A stretch of DNA of 64,000 bases from Camelus dromedarius (Eukaryota). Positions 40,070 to 53,994 of the stretch are shown here, in pieces. The translations under genes and the position numbers were made by a program. How positions within the stretch are numbered: the stretch's first letter is position 1; every line of letters begins with the position of its first letter. Under the pieces are notes generated by a model. That model made no database searches. It had not been told where the DNA came from and worked only from the letters and a program-made list of their open reading frames with translations. The stretch is from NCBI RefSeq assembly GCF_036321535.1, contig NC_087437.1:31994001-32058000 (forward strand), read 5' to 3'.

Positions 40070-40700
40070 TGGATGTAATGAGATGCAAAGGTAGAAGGAT
40101 GTAATGCAACGTGAACACTTGAAAGGGGAGTAATGACATGTGCATGTTTGATGGGCCCATAATGAGATGTACAAATAGAAATGCACACAGACATGTGCCT
40201 GTGCGATGGTGTAATGAGATGCATAAATGGTTGGGTGTAATGATAAAGGCATTTGGGGGGATGTAATGTGACTTATAAATGGAAGCATTAAATGGGGAGG
40301 GTGGAAAGGGCAGGTTGTGATAAGAAGCAGAGAGAAAGAATGCAGTGCTATGCATGAACGGAGGAGCTAATAATATGTGCATGATGAGGGTGTAATGAGA
40401 TAAAAATGGAATGGCATAATGAGGTTCACAGATGGAGGGGTGTAATGAGCTGTGCAGAAAGGAGGGAATAATGACAAGCATAAAATGAAGGATTTAATAC
40501 TTACGAATAAAGAAATGAGCATAAGAAGACGTGAGGACTGAAAGGAGGAGCAGAAAAAAGGGGGGACCTAGGTGAAGGGATGGGAAATAACAAGGTGGCA
40601 AACGGAGCTCCCTAATGAGATGCTGAGATTAAAGGGTGCAGTGAGGTGTGCCCATTTAAAGACTAATTAGACACACACATAGAGGAATAATGAGCTACCT
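40070..40700 (+). repeat. Highly degenerate tandem repeat, period ~26 bp, core (GGGTG)TAATGAGAT(GCA)
   Basis: TAATG cores at 40076, 40102, 40131, 40160, 40212, 40238, 40264, 40393, 40417, 40443, 40469, 40613, 40688. Spacings are mostly 24-29 bp or near multiples of 26. Confidence 0.75.
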
Positions 40701-40869
40701 GAGCCCTGCTCAGACACAGACCATAGCACTCAGTTCTTCGGAAAGAGGTGAAAATGGAAAAAATTCAAAGCAGAGCCATAAATACGTCTAAACTGTTACA
40801 AATCCAAAAAGAGAAAACTAAACAGGTGATTTAACCACAGGCTGAAAGTTTCTGAAGTAATGGTTTTAT

Positions 40870-41090
40870 AGGTGCTGTTTATGGGGCACTTACTCTGTAC
40901 CAGGGCTCTGTTGGGTGCTTAACTAACTAAATGCATCATCTCATTTTCCTTCCCTAGCAACCCTTTGAGGCAGGTGGGTTTGTTCCTCATTTATAGATGG
41001 AGAAATTGAGCTTAACCAACTGGCACAGATTCCCAGAGTCTGTTGGTGGTGGAGATCTAATCAAGCCAAGTCCGTTGGATTCCACTTGCC
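40870..41090 (-). mobile_element. MIR
   Basis: cctcatttatagatggagaaattgagc...tggtggagatctaatcaagccaagtc. Confidence 0.65.
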
Positions 41091-41129
41091 TTTGCCTCTC
41101 TTCCGGTGTCTCTGTAAGAATGGACTGTG

Positions 41130-41286
41130 AAACCTCCTGCCTCAGAGTCTCCTGGATCATTTTCCAAGATGCAGAGTCCCAGGCCCACCCAACAAGTACC
41201 ACCTGCAAGAGCCGCAGAGGCCCCAGGAACCTGCAGTTAAACATGCTCTCCAGGGACTCCTAATGCACTAAGTTCTGAGAACTACT
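41130..41286. mobile_element. MER5A-like MITE
   Basis: aagatgcagagtcccaggcccaccc...ggccccaggaacctgcagttaaacatgctctccagggactcctaatgcactaagttctgagaactact. Confidence 0.7.
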
Positions 41287-42144
41287 CAGTGAGACCAGCA
41301 CTAGAGTGAAGATGTTCTACTGCTTCCATTAGATCTGTGGAAAGATCATGAAGAAAGGGGCTTACGTGGACTGTGAGCAGTTGGGTTGGCTACAAGGGGG
41401 ACTGTGCAAGGAATTACCAAACCGTGGAATGAGGCATTAAATGATTCTCTGGACTGTATTTAGCAGAGGACTTTTTAAAAAGGCTCCTTCCACTCGAATT
41501 GGTCTTCAATAGGAACCCAAAATTATATTGAAATAGTATAAAATGCAAAATGTATTGAAGAGAATTAGATTCTAGGAAATATTTGTTTACTGAGTTTATA
41601 AAAATAAAAATAACTCCATAGTCTGTAATATCTAAGGGGAAGAGGGTAATGTGTCTTTAGAACCAGAAGTTTGCCAGTCTGCATGCAACATTCAAGGTCC
41701 TAAAAAAAAAAGCAAATAGTGCCATTGATTGTTCCTTTCTTGATATTTATAGTAGTGAGACATCTAAATTACTCTGATTTTTAGATTTAAAAAAATCCAG
41801 AATTTATCTCTTGAAATGAGCCTTGAACTTGGATGACCACTCACATTTTAGTGACACAGCCTCTGCTCATTTTAGAAGTCTCTTTCAGAATTATTTTTAG
41901 AGTGCATTCACAAGCAACACAAGAAAAAGTTTCACTACTTTAGGGAAGCTCAGCTTTTAACTTGGAAACTATTATTCAGTTTAATAATATCAGGGTGAGT
42001 GATCTCCTTTTATAATAGACTTGAGCCTGGATACGTTTTTGGCTATTGGGAAAATAAAGCTCACTCTCAAAAGATGAAGCTTTGTCATTCATTTTGTTGA
42101 GAGGGGTCTTACAGAGGAAGTGCAGGAAAATTATACTAGTTCCT

Positions 42145-42350
42145 GTTTTCTGAGCTCTTACTATGTGCCAGTCACTGTTTCAAGGATTTTACATGTATTA
42201 TGTCTTCTAAATCTCATAACATCCCAGTTAACTGGGTACCAGTGTTTTCTGCACTTCGTAGGTAAAGAAGATGAGGCCCCGAGGACTTAGGTAAAAGCAC
42301 TGGTAAGTGGTAAAGCCAGGATTCAAACCCAAGTCCTGAGCTTCAAACTA
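42145..42350 (-). mobile_element. MIR
   Basis: ctgagctcttactatgtgccagtcactgtt...gtaagtggtaaagccaggattcaaacccaagtc. Confidence 0.75.
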
Positions 42351-43699
42351 TCATACTTTCACTTTTCTTGAAAAGAGGTGCTATTTATTCTACTAGCTCA
42401 GTGCCCAGTGTTTGTAGGCGTTCACACAACATCCATGATAGCATCAAGGGAAAAAAGAAAAAGACTATACTCATGCACTGATTATTTAGGAAACGACCCT
42501 AAACCACTCCTGGATTAGAACAGACATTTCAGAGGGACGCATACCTCTGTTCCCCCAGGAATAGAGTTATTTTGTTAACCATTTTCTGAAGGCTTTTTTA
42601 AAAATTTCCTTAACTGATGTAGAACATCTGGCTGACTGTGGAAGAATGTTCACTACAGTAGTAAAATTGACATGCTTCATTATAGGACAGCCTGCCTTGT
42701 GAAAGAAACATGAATGTGAAACATGAATTGTGAAACAATATATGTGATCAGCCAGGATTTGAACTAAACCAAGAAAACATTTCTTATGCCAATTTCAATT
42801 TCTTTAAAAAACCCTATGTACAACATAAGTACAGTATATGTGGATGGTGGTTAGGGAGATACTAACAGTGTGTATTAATTAGCCAAGTGTATAGATAATA
42901 ATTTTCCAGTTTTTAAACAGTGAATGTAACTGTCACTTTGGTTTCGTATGTTTACAAAATTATGTGCAATCACTTAATATAATGAGTTGTACGTATGGAA
43001 TTGTTTAAGTGAGAGGCTGAATAGATTGTTATAATGTATAGCTATTAAGGGGGAAAAAAAGAATCCAAATGAAAGTACAGACAGTACTTAGGGAGGCAAA
43101 GTTTAGAATTTGGCTGGACTTCCAAACTCAGTGGTCCTAAGGTATCAATAAAAGTCATGCTTGTAAAAGTTCCAGAGGACGTGTCAGTTCTCAAGAAGTC
43201 TGTTCACCTTCGAGCCTCTCCTCTTATGTCGATAGTGCCAATCCCAGATGAACTATTACTAGTTCTAAGGCTATGGTGGAGGAATGTGGGTCCACTGATA
43301 CTAGATAAACCGGGATAAAAATTCATCTCGGGCTTAAGCTAATACTCTCCCAATGCTCCCTAGCATCGCATGCCTTATGCACGAAGCATGGTGTCACTGT
43401 GACTGTGGTCACAGTTAGCCTCATCTTGCCTCCTGGCCATTGTCTGTCTGCCTTTGCCTTGGCCAGGAGCTCATGTATGAGTCTTTGCCTTTGTTTCCAA
43501 GGGGAACAGTAGAACATAGGTTGGTGCTGGGAGAAGTAGAGGGATCTTACAAAGTAAAGCTCAACACAAATCCATTGTCTTCATTCAGGAAAAAACTTTG
43601 CTTTTTTTCCTGGGCTCCAAAGATCATCTTTCTGTTTCTCAAATGGAGTCTCTTAAGTGTAGACTCTTCCTCTTTGGCATTTTAAATCTTTTCTGTTGG

Positions 43700-45090
43700 T
43701 CTGCATCTTTACCCTCTGTCTTCTCAAACACAGATCTCTCCTACCTTGAAACCTTTCACCATTTCATTACCACTCAACCAAAAGACAAAAGCCCAAGCCT
43801 GAATGAATGCCAATTTAGCCTCTGAACAGCTGGTCACTGCTGGAAAAAATCAACTGTCTGTTTTGCTTTAAATCTATTATCTCAGAACCCAAATGGATGT
43901 CTGTTCTCTGAACTCAGTCCTGAACGGGGTCCTTTTCCTCTCTACGTTCTTTTCCCAGATGGCTTTAATCTTCCCATGGCTTCTCTGTGCCAACGATGCC
44001 CTCATTTATATTTCTGGCCTAACCCACTTCACGGTTGCCCACTAGACAATTCCACTGGAACATTTCACAGGCATTTTAAACTTAAGACATTCGTAAGTCT
44101 CCCTCACACCCCACTCTTTATCTCCAAAATTTATATTGAATGTGTCGTTTCTATCCTTACCAGGACCATCCCAGTTTGAGCTACTCTTTTCTCTGTGTTA
44201 GCAATAGTCTCCTCATGATCTCCACAATTTCCCTTTTGCCCTTTTCTGGTCTAGTCTCCACACAGCAGACTGAGTGATCTTTTGAAGACAAGCTGGTTCA
44301 TGTCTACTGCTGAAAACTCATCGGTGACTTCCCACAGACTGCAATGAAATCTAAGCTCCTTGCTGTGGCTTTGAGGCCAGCAGTAAATTTCCCCAGGCGA
44401 TCTCTCACCCCCCTAGTCTTCACTCTCCCTTTTGTTCACTAGGCTCCACCCAGACCCTTACACCTCTTCCAACACTGTGGAAGGGGAGTGAGTTCACTCC
44501 CAGGGTGGGCATGACCATCCACTGTGATGTAGGAAGAGGAAAATAGCGGAATTTTCACTTCATTTTTCATCTCATCCTTTGCAATTTCTATTTTTTTGAA
44601 TATGTTTTCTAATGGAAATAATAAGCATAATACATGTATACAGTTTATAAGTAAATAAATATAAACATTGAGGGTACTCACTCAAAAAATTTTTTTCTGA
44701 TGGGTTGTATGATTTAAATTCAGAGGAAGATGATTGAATATGTGAAAGTTTTGGCTTTCTTTTTTTATTCTTCCTCTTTGTTGTTGCTGCTTGTTAGTTG
44801 TCATTTTGATCTCAAAGCCTTTGTGTACACAGTGCTCTTTGCCAGGAAAACTCAAATATCAGCTCAGAGAAGCCTTTCCTGACCATCCATCAAATGCTCC
44901 ATCCTTCATCCTTTTCTTCAGGTATTTCATGTGTGTGCAGCATCTGTCAGTGTAGAATTGTGTATTTATCTGCTTGTACATTGCTTGTCTCCATGGGGCA
45001 GGGTGTGAGGTTGTTTAGCTTTGTTCTCTGCACGGGGCTTGGCATAGAGCGGCCATTTGCAAAAAAAATAATTTTAACTGAATGAATGAA
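43700..45090 (+). mobile_element. L2 fragments with an intervening old L1 piece
   Basis: tctccacacagcagactgagtgatctttttgaa...aatgaaatctaagctccttgctgtggc; 3' tail gggcttggcatagagc...aactgaatgaatgaa. Confidence 0.55.
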
Positions 45091-46369
45091 CTTGAGTCAT
45101 ATTTACCATGACTGTACTGTGATTTTTTTTTTTTTTTGATATCCTCCGTGTTATTGCTCATGTCATTCTCCTTACATGGAACTACTTTCCTCTTTCTTTT
45201 AAAAGCCTGGACCTGTCAGGTTTTCCTGGTTCTGAGATCACAGTCTAAAAGCCTAGCCCCCAGTCCCACCTAGGCTTCTGAAATCTAAAACCTAACCTCC
45301 ATATGCCCCATTATTATCTAGCTTGCTCTGAAGGGGAGATTCAACACAGCTAATGTGTCTCAAACACTTGGGTTCACACTGCTCTCCTTTATAGATGACA
45401 AGGCCAGCCTACAATACTTGTTACTTACATCACACATGTAGACTTGAATTTCTGCTAAGAATCTGAAGTTATAGTCTATATATAATAAGCCTGCTCCTTA
45501 TTATTTATGTATTATGTATTTATTTATTCAAGGACTGCATTAACACCAAAACTCAAAACACTAAACCTAAGCCTTTGGGAGCATCAGAAGGTCTCTTTTT
45601 GTTCCACTCAGAATTGGAGCTTTAGTTTTATTTATGCTTTGACACTACAGCCAATTATCCTGGGAACTGTCAAGTGTGTTTGTAGCAATGTGGACTGAAA
45701 ACAAATGTCCAAATGTTGGCCACGTGGGGCACATTTTATTTCAGCAGTAAATTTAATTTTTTTGTTTTGTTTCTATAATGGGCAGTTTCGAGACCTCATT
45801 TCCATGGCATATGGAATTTCCCTATGCTCTGGGAACGAGAACATGTGTGTCAATAAAAGAGACCCCCCTCTCACATCCCAGACCTTTAGCAATGCCCCCA
45901 TCAGCTTTGTAAACTGTCTGGTCCTCTGATAATCAGAGCACCGCTCCCTCTGAAGGCCTGGGAACACATGCACTAGAACACAATTATTAATAGTATTTCC
46001 AGTTACTCCTCAGAGGCCATTCTCTTCATTTCTTGAATAAATCAATGGATTTTTCTGCTCTTTTCTTAAAATATTTATTTTACAATAAAATTGGTTACCT
46101 TAAAATGAAATGTTCCTTTTTTATTATGGATTTTTAAAAATTCATTTCTCTAGCCTCAGCACCTAGAAGACTACAATAGTAAGCACTCTAATTATTTACT
46201 AGAAACATAAATGAACCTCTCCATCCTTAAGATGTTAAAGGCCAGTATCTTTGATGCGGCCTATCAATGGTGCATCACTTGTTTCTGTCTAGTAAAATAA
46301 AATTTTCTCTAACTGCTTTTATTTACATTTACTTACATAAAGCAATAAAAGTGGTATTTCTTTAATAAT

Positions 46370-49300
46370 ATTTTTTCCTTCATTATGAAAGAAATACATA
46401 CTTCGGAGAGAAAATTTAGAAGATGCTAATCCCGTCAACCAGAGCTAACCATTGTTAATATTTTGTTGTATTTCCTTTTGTCTGTCTTAATGGGCAAATC
46501 TCCAAATAATTTTCTTTATATAAATAATTTTGTACACTGCAATGTGGTATTTGATGTAAGTATTGTTTCATGTCCTTAAACATTTCTCATAAACATAATT
46601 TTTTCATGGTTCCTTAATATTCTTCTAAATGGATGGATATCTATATATATTACTTTAAGTGTCCCATCTTTAGAACATTATAATACTGTCACATGTTATA
46701 AATTATTACACATTACTTATATAAAATTACAACTATAAAATTATATATTATAAAATATACTATATTGTATCATAATATATTGTTTTAGTATATATATAAT
46801 ACTTTATTTTCCCATCTTTAGACACTTAAGACTATTCACAGATTACTCCATCGTATTTTTTTGGTGTATCTAAGTTTTGTACACATTTCAAATTATTTCT
46901 TTAGAACAGATTCTTAGAAGTAAAATCACTGTGTTAAAGGATATGAATATTTTTAAGACTCTTGACCTGCATTGCTAAATTGCTTTTTAGAAATGTTGAA
47001 ATAATTTACACTCTGACTAGAAATGTGTGAAAGTGTCTAAACTCCCTTACTCTAGCCAGCACTGATTATTGTCTTTTTAAAAATGGACTAAAAAGGATAC
47101 TGTTATTTTAATTTCAATTTTCTTTAACTTTACTAATGAGGCTGTATACTTTTTCTGCACTCAGAGTCTCGTTGAATTATTTGCTCACGTCTTTGACCCA
47201 TTGATTATTGATTTGCACAAACTTATAGTACCTTAAGGATATTGTCTTTCATACTTGTTACACATATTTTCAAGTTACTGTACAGATTTTGTTTTTATAA
47301 ACTTCATATTTTTATGTAGTCAAATCTATCAGTCCTCTACTCTTAGACATTACTTACAGGTTTAGTTAAAAAGAAAGAAAAAAAGAAAAGTAAGTACAAA
47401 GGATAATGTAACAAATACCCATGACCAGCAGGCAGGCCAAATACAAATATTTTGCTTCTGACTTTTTAAAAACAAAATTACAGATGAAATTCAGATCTCC
47501 TTAATATCCTTCCTAGAAACATTTCCCTTCCACCTTTCACCACTTCCTCATGATCCAGAGGCAACGCCATCATAAATTTGTTCTGATTCTAAATATGCTA
47601 TTGTATTATCACAAGTATATGTACCCGTACACGCAAATTTTAAAAAATATATGCAGTATATTGTGTATATGTATTGACATGCAATATGTTGTATATGTGC
47701 AGTCAAACTATAATAATTCTACCTAATAAAACTGAAAAATGAAAAAAAGTATATGCACCCATAACTGATGCATAACGCTGCTTAGTGCGTTTTAAAAATA
47801 TATGTAAGCTATTATACTACTCATATTATACTTCTGTAACTTGCTAATTAAAAATCAATATTATGTTTTCAAGATTTATTCCATGTTACTACATATAGGT
47901 CTAATTAATTTATTTTCACTGCCTATATTGCATGACTATACCACAACATTTTTCTCCATTCTACTGATTAACATTTGCATTGTTCCTGATTTTTTGGTGC
48001 AATGTGTAGTTAATAACTGTACATATTTCCTGGTATAAGTATGTGAGAGTTTCACCTAGAAATGGAATTGCAAGATAATAGGGTATATGAATTTATAATG
48101 TAACCAGCTACCACCAGACTCCCCCTTTAAAAATGTTATAAAGGAAAATTTGTCTTAAACCTTGTCTAGGACAGAACATTTTTATATGTTACAATATAAA
48201 GCCTCTTTGTGGAAAGAAATGGGCATTTCTTACTTAAATGTTCTCACAGGGAAGGAAGAAAAGAAAGAAAAGGAAAGGAAGGAAGGAAGGAAGAAAAAAG
48301 AGAAAGAAAGAGAGAAAGAGAGAAAGGAAGGAAGGAAGATAGACTTGAGGTGATGAATATGTTAATTTACTGACGGGGGAACCCTTTATGGTGGGTAATG
48401 GTTAAGTATTTTTTTCTGATAAGCTTTAAATGTAATTAAGACTTCTGGAAAGTCACCTGCCTTGACTGTCAGCTATCTGTCATTTATGAATCTAATGACT
48501 GACTACATTTATTTTTTTCTTAAATACTTTTCTCTTTTTTTTTTTGAGTAGATAAACCTGTTTTATTCTCATGTGCCATGTATGAATATTCTCATTTTTT
48601 CACATATTTGCCAAGATTTGTACTGTCACAATTTTTTATTCTTGCCAGTCTGATCACTGTAAAATGGTTATCTCATTTTAAAAAATTTAAATTAATTACT
48701 TCAATGATTTTTAGTGAGTCTAAAGATCTTTCTTAGGTGTTTTGGCCATTTGAGTATTTTGTTCAGTGAATTTTCTGTTCACGTTCTTTGCCCAGTTTTC
48801 TATTGGGTTGTTTTTCTCTTCTTTGTTGACTTGTAGGAGAGTTTTGTGTTAGTTACACGTATTTTAAATACCTTCTCCCAGGTTGTGCTTGCCTTTTAAC
48901 TTTGTTATGGTGTATTTTGTCATACAGAAATTTAAAATTTTAAAATAGTTGAATCTATTCATATTTCATTTATGATTTCTGTTCACTTATGTCTTAAATT
49001 CTTTCTTATCCTGAGGTCATAAAGACAAACTTTGATATTTTTTTCTAATTGTTGTAAGGTTTCATTGATTACATTTAGACCTTTATCTGGAGTTAATTAA
49101 TTTATTATATGTCAGGGAGGAATCTAATTTTATCTTTTCAATCTGGAAAGTCACATGTCCCTATAGGTTTTAAAATATTTCATTTTTCTCCTCGCTGATT
49201 GGAAATCTCTTTTCTATCATCTACCAAGTGTTCACATATGCTTGGAACTATCTCTGAACTTTTTATTCTTTACCATTAATTTATCCCTGCAGCAATCATT

Positions 49301-51560
49301 TTATCACATCTTTAGCATAAGTTTTCATTTCCTAGTAGAAAAATTTTCTCCATGTTCTTTTTCAGAATTGTTTTGGTTATTCTCAAATTTAGGATCAGTT
49401 TGTCAAACTCCATGAAGAAATTCTGTTGCTATTATGATTGGAAATAAAATTGCATTTATAATTTGAGAGAAAGTTTTCAGTTGTGTAATCAGTGTTCCTA
49501 ACCATGAGAAGCACATATCTTTCCATTTATTCAGGTTTTTAAAAAATGTTTTTATTATTATTTAAAGTTTTTCTTCTTTAAAGAGTTTCACAGCTTTTTT
49601 TACATTTATTTCTAGATTCCTTAAAGGTTTTGTGGCTATTATAAGTGGCATATTTTTATTATACATTCTAATAGTTATTACTCATATATAGGTATAATAT
49701 TATTGATTTTATGTTGAGCTTATATCAAATAACTTCATGGACCTCCCTTATAAGTTCTAAATGTTAGTTAGATTTTTTTGAATATTCTAAACATATACTT
49801 TTTTATTATCTGTAAATAATTTCCCTTTTTTTTTTCTATTTCTGTCTCTGTCTCTCTGTTTCTCTCTCCTTTCTTCTCTTTCAATCCTTATATTTCTTAT
49901 TTGCTTTTCTTGACTTTCTGCATTGAGTGGGACCTCCAGTAAAATGGAATGTTAAATGTTGAGGGTGACAGCAGGCATCTTTGTCTAATTTCTACTCACA
50001 GAAAGTGCCTTTATGTTTTTCTCTGTGTATAAAACTGGCTCTAGGATTTTAATATCTATTCTCTTTTTCACTAGTTTTAAAAATTTTATTCATCTCAAAT
50101 TTTATTTTATTGTGAAAAGACAACATGAGATTTATGCTTTTAAATTTTTGTGTACAATATATTATCACTGATTATAGATACAATGCTGTACAGCAGATTT
50201 CTAGAGTTTATTTATCTTGCTTGACTAGTCTAATTTTTTAAAATTTATTTTTAAGTACTTGTTTTATATGTAATTAAACAATTCTATATATACATATTAA
50301 TTGATCATATGTATATGTTAGTGTTGGTCTCTGGACTACATAGTCTGTTCTGTTTATCTCTGTGTTAAATCTTGCCATGGAAGTGGAATGATTTAACAAT
50401 TATTGTTTTTATAGTATGTATTAATATTTAGGGAAGTTCTCTTTTTTCCCTTTCAAAAATTTAAAAACAAGTCTTATCTGCTTGTTCTTTTGCTTATATT
50501 TACCATCACTTCATAATGTATCAAAAATCATACTACTAGAATTAAAATTGGAATTTAGTTAACCTGCCTAATTAACTTAGGAAGTATTAACATCTTTGAA
50601 GTATTCTTTATTCCCAGTCAGGAACCTGGTATGTCACTATGTTTGTTCAAGTCTTATTTCTCTACATTGCCCTGTGACTTTAGGAAAATTAATCAGTCTC
50701 CCTTCTATTTAGTTTACTCATTTGAAAATGGGGATAATAATATTATCTATCTCACAGAGTTGTTGTTGGAATTAAATGAAATAATTGACATTAAGTGCAT
50801 AGGACAATGAATGAATCATTCTAAATGCCCAGTAAAAGTTAGATATTATTATTTTGATGATGAATACTATTAATTTGAATAGCTCTATTTTGATTCTCAT
50901 ATTATCTGAAAGTAATGCTGACTTTATCTCCTTTTTTCAAGTATTATTCTACTTATATGCCTTGTATTCTATTTTTTCAACACAATATTATTATTATTTA
51001 ATGCCTACTATGAGCCAGGCATGCTCTTTACATACTCAAGATTCTTTCTGAACAAAACAGACAAGATCTCTCTTCTCATGGAGCTTACATTCTCATGTTG
51101 GTCAATGCTTTTGAACAATACTAAATAATAAAGATTATAGTGGGTATTCTGGTTTTACTCCTGTATTTAATAGAAACATCTTCAGCAGTTCATCCTAAGT
51201 GTAATTTTTCTTTTGTTATAAGTCAAATATTTATCATACTATGAAAACATCTTTTTGTTTCTAGTTGTTAACAGCAATCATTCATTTCATTCAGTCAACA
51301 CATCATTGAGTGCCTATTACATGCAAGGTGATGCTTTGAGTGCTGGGTGTACAATGGCAAGCATATGCTCCTTGGGAAACCACTCTAAACAGGGAGACAG
51401 ACATTTTATACATTTTTAATATAAAGTGTGTCGTTATTAAAAACAGATGTTGAATTTTATCAAGTACTATTTAAATATCTAGAGATGATTTTTTTTCTTA
51501 TTTGAACTATTGAACTGATGCATTATACTTATATTAAATTTTCTTGTATTTTTGTAACTT
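46370..51560 (-). mobile_element. Cluster of nested old L1M fragments (mostly antisense) with MIR/L2 pieces
   Basis: Long T-rich decayed L1 ORF2/3'UTR antisense motifs (tttgcccagttttctattgggttgttt; gggacctccagtaaaat...gtgacagcaggcatctttgtct). No intact ORF. Confidence 0.7.
48249..48338 (+). repeat. Polypurine (GAAA/GGAA)n tract within an L1 3' fragment
   Basis: About 90 nt of only A and G. Confidence 0.9.
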
Positions 51561-51718
51561 AAAAAAATTACAGCATGATATTATATAAGAATTTTCACAT
51601 TTCTTCTCTGTGAGATTGATAAATAGTTTGCAAATGATAACTCAAATTTTATACTGAAAATTGTGTTTGATATTTGGAGAGTGTTTTCTAATGTTAGTCT
51701 GATCAAATTAGAAAGTTT

Positions 51719-51775
51719 TATATATATATAAATACATAGATAGATAGATAGATACATACATACATACATACATAT
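51719..51775 (+). repeat. Compound (TA)n(TAGA)n(TACA)n microsatellite
   Basis: Seen directly in the sequence. Confidence 0.9.
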
Positions 51776-51919
51776 AAATTTGAGAAATTATCCTTCAGGC
51801 TCAACTTTCCACCTCTACTCTGAACCTCTCTATACATCTAAGATTTGAATTTCTGTTATTTTTGAGAGAGACAGAGACAGAGCCAAGAGAGACAGGGAAA
51901 TACTGGCTAGGAATCAGAA

Positions 51920-52130
51920 TATTAGCTAACATTTATGGAGAGATCACAAGGGTGGCCGCTATTCTGAAAGCTCTCTATGTATTAACTCATTCAATCCTCA
52001 GACAGCTCTATGAGGTAGGTACTAATATTACTGCCATTATCCAGGTAAAGAAACGGGGCACTGAGCCAAAGGCTGGTGAACTGGAAAGCAGCAGAGCCAA
52101 ACTTTAAATCCAGGTAATCTGTCTTCAGTG
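51920..52130 (-). mobile_element. MIR
   Basis: tattaactcattcaatcctcagacagctctatgaggtaggtactaatattactgccatt. Confidence 0.75.
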
Positions 52131-52156
52131 CTGACTTGGTTACCTACTCCAGTAGG

Positions 52157-52565
52157 TGTATGAATCAAGTTTGGTAGGTTATGCTCCCATAACCAACACC
52201 AAAACTTTACTCTGTAACAGAAGATTGCTCCTTCCTCACGCAAAGTGCGTGGTGGGTCTGAGTGGCTCTCCAGAGTGGAAGTCCTCTATGTGGTGGTCTG
52301 GAGTTTTAGGATGTGTCTATCTTCTGGCAGCTCAATGTCAACATTTGCTTCTACATTCCCCATGGTAATGTAAGAGGGAACATGGAGCATCACACACTAG
52401 CTTTTAAAAGCTTCCGCCTGGAGTGACACATGTCCCTTCTCATATATCATTGGCTAAAGCAAGTCACATGGCCAAGACTTACTTCAAGAAGCAGGGAATT
52501 GTAATCTTATAAGCCCAGAGTAGACAAAAACCAGATATAGTGGTAACAGCCCTGATGTTCCCATA
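52157..52565 (-). mobile_element. Old MaLR LTR (MLT1J/K/L-like)
   Basis: ctggagtgacacatgtcccttctcatatatcattggctaaagcaagtcacatggccaagacttacttcaag is a typical reversed MLT1 motif. Confidence 0.65.
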
Positions 52566-53994
52566 GTGTATGCTCACGCTCTAGCTCTGCCAGACTAGGT
52601 ATGCGACCTTTAGCTGGTCCCTATGCTTCCAATCTTAACATCTGGAAAATGACAGTATTTATTTATTTATTCAATTGGTATCTATTATTTATTGAGAGCC
52701 TACCATGTGCCAGGCACTGTGTGACCCTTAGAAATATAATGGTAAACATAGTTCAATCCTTGCCCTGAAGCAGTTTGCAATTCAAGAGATAACTTACTGT
52801 CGATTTTCAGTTCTAAAATTCCAAGATTCTATTAAAAAGAATTCACAATAACAAACTCTACAGAGCATTATATTCTAGAGACCTAGGCATTTTCTCAGAA
52901 GTTTCTTCCTTTTTTGTACACCCAAACCAGTTGGCTGCAGATTTAATTCTATCACAGCAACAGATAACACACATGCCCATCACTTTCAAATCACTAGTGT
53001 ATGTACATCCTGGCACACATGGTGAAAAGAAAGCAGACTGTGGACCATACTCACAGCTACTTTGAATTGAATGGGCAGAACACTTGATAAAATAAAGATA
53101 GTGGAAAATCAATTTGATTGAGAAATATCAGGGCAGATAAACTTTGCCACATAATGTACATTCCAGATATCAAAGTTTTTTCTATTACTTATGAGTAAAC
53201 CAGATTATAAAAATTTTTAAATTTCTAAAACATTTTGGTCTGCAGTTACTTTTTCCCTAGAGGAATATTTATTAGTAAGAAATGGAAGAGATATGAATAA
53301 GTATACTTGTGAGCATGCACAAAACTGGTTTGCCAAGTTTTTTTTCCCCCTAATCTCTTAGGACTTGAAGCAGCCTGCCAAGATTTCTTTTACTAGTTCC
53401 CTCAAGTTACAATACAGTTTACAATGAAATATTTATAAGAATTTGAGGCATAGTCTTTAAACATGATGCAACAGTTTAAAATTTGAATGAAATATGCAAA
53501 TAATTCTATTCTACTTTGCATTGATGCAATTACGGCATTTCCTTTATTCTTCATACTACGTGTCTAATTCTTAAATCAAGGCCAAAAAATAGTGATGCAA
53601 TAGTTGGATATGGCTTCAGTGTTTTACAGACCATACTAACTGAACTTCTGACTAATCATGCTCATTTCTCATTTTTTTACAACCCTTCAGAACTTAAGAG
53701 ATATTGAGTTAGTTTCACAATATAATAGTTTTTGATTAATTTGCTACTTGTTTGTTAATATTGAATTTATTTATTATTGGTACATTTGTCCCCCTTCTCA
53801 CCGGTAAAACAACGACAGAGACCACGATCATATATATACTCTTATTCTCTGGTTTGCTCAGTAAGCATCCAATGCTTATTGTTGGACTTTCTTGAAGGCA
53901 AAATAAGAATAACTAGGATTTTTCAGTGTGGGAAGGACTTAGAGAAGCTGGTAATTTACTAAGGAGAGATCAATAATCATTCTCAATTCTCATT

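Noticed and set aside
40026..40481. 151-aa His/Leu/Pro-rich minus-strand ORF
   Set aside because: It is a by-product of the 26-bp degenerate repeat composition.
40070..40700. CRISPR-like repeat/spacer reading of the periodic array
   Set aside because: The context is a mammalian intron, the cores are only 5-9 bp and degenerate, the period is far too short, and there are no cas genes.
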